Below are positions 62,891 to 64,000 of a stretch of 64,000 bases of DNA, piece by piece. The DNA is from Lingula anatina. Lineage: Eukaryota > Animalia > Brachiopoda. Position 1 is the first letter of the stretch, and the number at the start of each line of letters is the position of its first letter. The position numbers and the translations under genes are program-made. The notes beneath the pieces were generated by a model. It worked only from the letters and a program-made list of their open reading frames with translations. It had not been told where the DNA came from and made no database searches. The DNA is taken from positions 4,898,001 through 4,962,000 of the forward strand of contig JBPQGU010000016.1 of NCBI GenBank assembly GCA_051362555.1, written 5' to 3'.

Positions 62891-64000
62891 ATGGTTGATG
62901 AGTCCAGTGGAGGCGAACAATTTTCCTTGGCTGATGTAATGAAAAAAATGGAAAGTAAAAAGAAAGAGACGAAAGACTATTTCGACCATAGACTGTCTAC
63001 ATTTAATGCCGAAGCCGGTAAAAACTGAAAGTCGACAATATTTATCTTGGAAAATAGAAGGTAATCACCAGCAATTTGACTCAACAGTATTTGAAAATAA
63101 GATTATTGTGGTGAACAAACTGACAGTGCCTTACAGTCTTGGCAAGAGAAACAAACTTATCAGAATTGCTGACACTTTCGACACTGTTAAGGAACATACT
63201 GTTAATCCTCTTGCTTGTGATTCTGAGAGCGAGAGAGCTACAAAGAAAATAAAAGAAAACAAAAAGGGAGCCAAAAAAATAAGGTTATATCAGCAGACCG
63301 ACCGATAGGTGTGGTGGGCGATACTTCTCAGCGGAGAAGTCTTTATCGCAGCAGCGGGTCGTGACTTTGCTTAGCTTGTTGAGGAAAGGGCCATTTCATG
63401 CTTGAGTGACCAACTTACAGAGGGGAAAGTTATTCTACCAGAGTCCAACCCCAGAGATAAGGGAACATCTGGAATGGGGAAGAAGGCGGAAGCATTGAAA
63501 AATAGATAAGTACCCGGTACATGTATGAGTGCGTTAGTTTCAATCAAGAGTTGCATAATTATGAACATGAGCAAAATCAGAAATTCATACCCGTGAAAAG
63601 TAGGTTAAGAACCAATTTAAGTTTTTGGGAAGAAGTAGGGTATTCATTTTTTATTCTAGACTTGATAAAAATGGTTATAAATTTCCGTTTATAGCAACAC
63701 CCTGTGGGATGAGGAAAGATAACAGCTTTCACCATTGAAAAATAAGTTTTTTGTTAAAAAGCTATTCTTGGATTGAAAAAGATGCGTTTGATTAAAAGGT
63801 GTAGCAAACAACCAATTGTTGATAACCCTTAAACAGAAGCAGTGCATAGCAGTGAAAAAAATAGATTGATTTTAGATGTACGAGAAGTAAACAAACATGT
63901 CTGTAAGCAGTCTGGTAGTTACGGACATTTGAGAACGGCTCTTATGTTTATGAAACTGTGTGGTTGGTTGATTAAATTTGATTCAGCTAATCAACATCTA
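62891..64000 (+). mobile_element. Duplicate of the decayed DIRS/Ngaro-type element (ORF1 and RT start)
   Basis: Near-identical to 27568-28676; ORF 63006-63308 shows the ORF1 motifs in one frame. Confidence 0.88.

Larger units (their letters stand above)
58052..64000. repeat. Copy 2 of the segmental duplication, matching 22561-28676, open at the right window edge
   Basis: Direct comparison; duplicated ORFs, e.g. 28047-28250 and 63371-63574, 23402-23602 and 58898-59104. Confidence 0.98.

Overview
Eukaryotic, AT-rich, repeat-dominated DNA, probably from a marine invertebrate (inferred from the transposon content; species not determinable). No intact host gene, rRNA, tRNA or CRISPR array is visible. 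Layout: (1) a highly homogeneous ~363-bp tandem satellite, 1-~22560 (~59 monomers), interrupted by a 991-bp TTAA-flanked Kolobok-type non-autonomous transposon at 7777-8767; (2) a ~19-kb spacer of decayed mobile elements (two convergent tyrosine-recombinase DIRS/Ngaro-type retrotransposon relics, an intron-containing Kolobok transposase relic, several CAGGGGCGGAT-type MITEs with 5-bp TSDs, mini- and microsatellites); (3) a second array of the same satellite, 41476-~58053 (~45 monomers); (4) a near-identical second copy of the start of the spacer (58052-64000 = 22561-28676), giving a ~35.5-kb macro-period that is either a real tandem duplication or two haplotypes joined in the assembly. The most informative detail comes from comparing the copies: a 168-bp MITE in copy 1 is replaced in copy 2 by a double-hairpin excision footprint. 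The hundreds of 60-70-aa ORFs are translation artefacts of the satellite. I found no evidence of a new gene-encoded system; the interest lies in satellite evolution and transposon mechanism.
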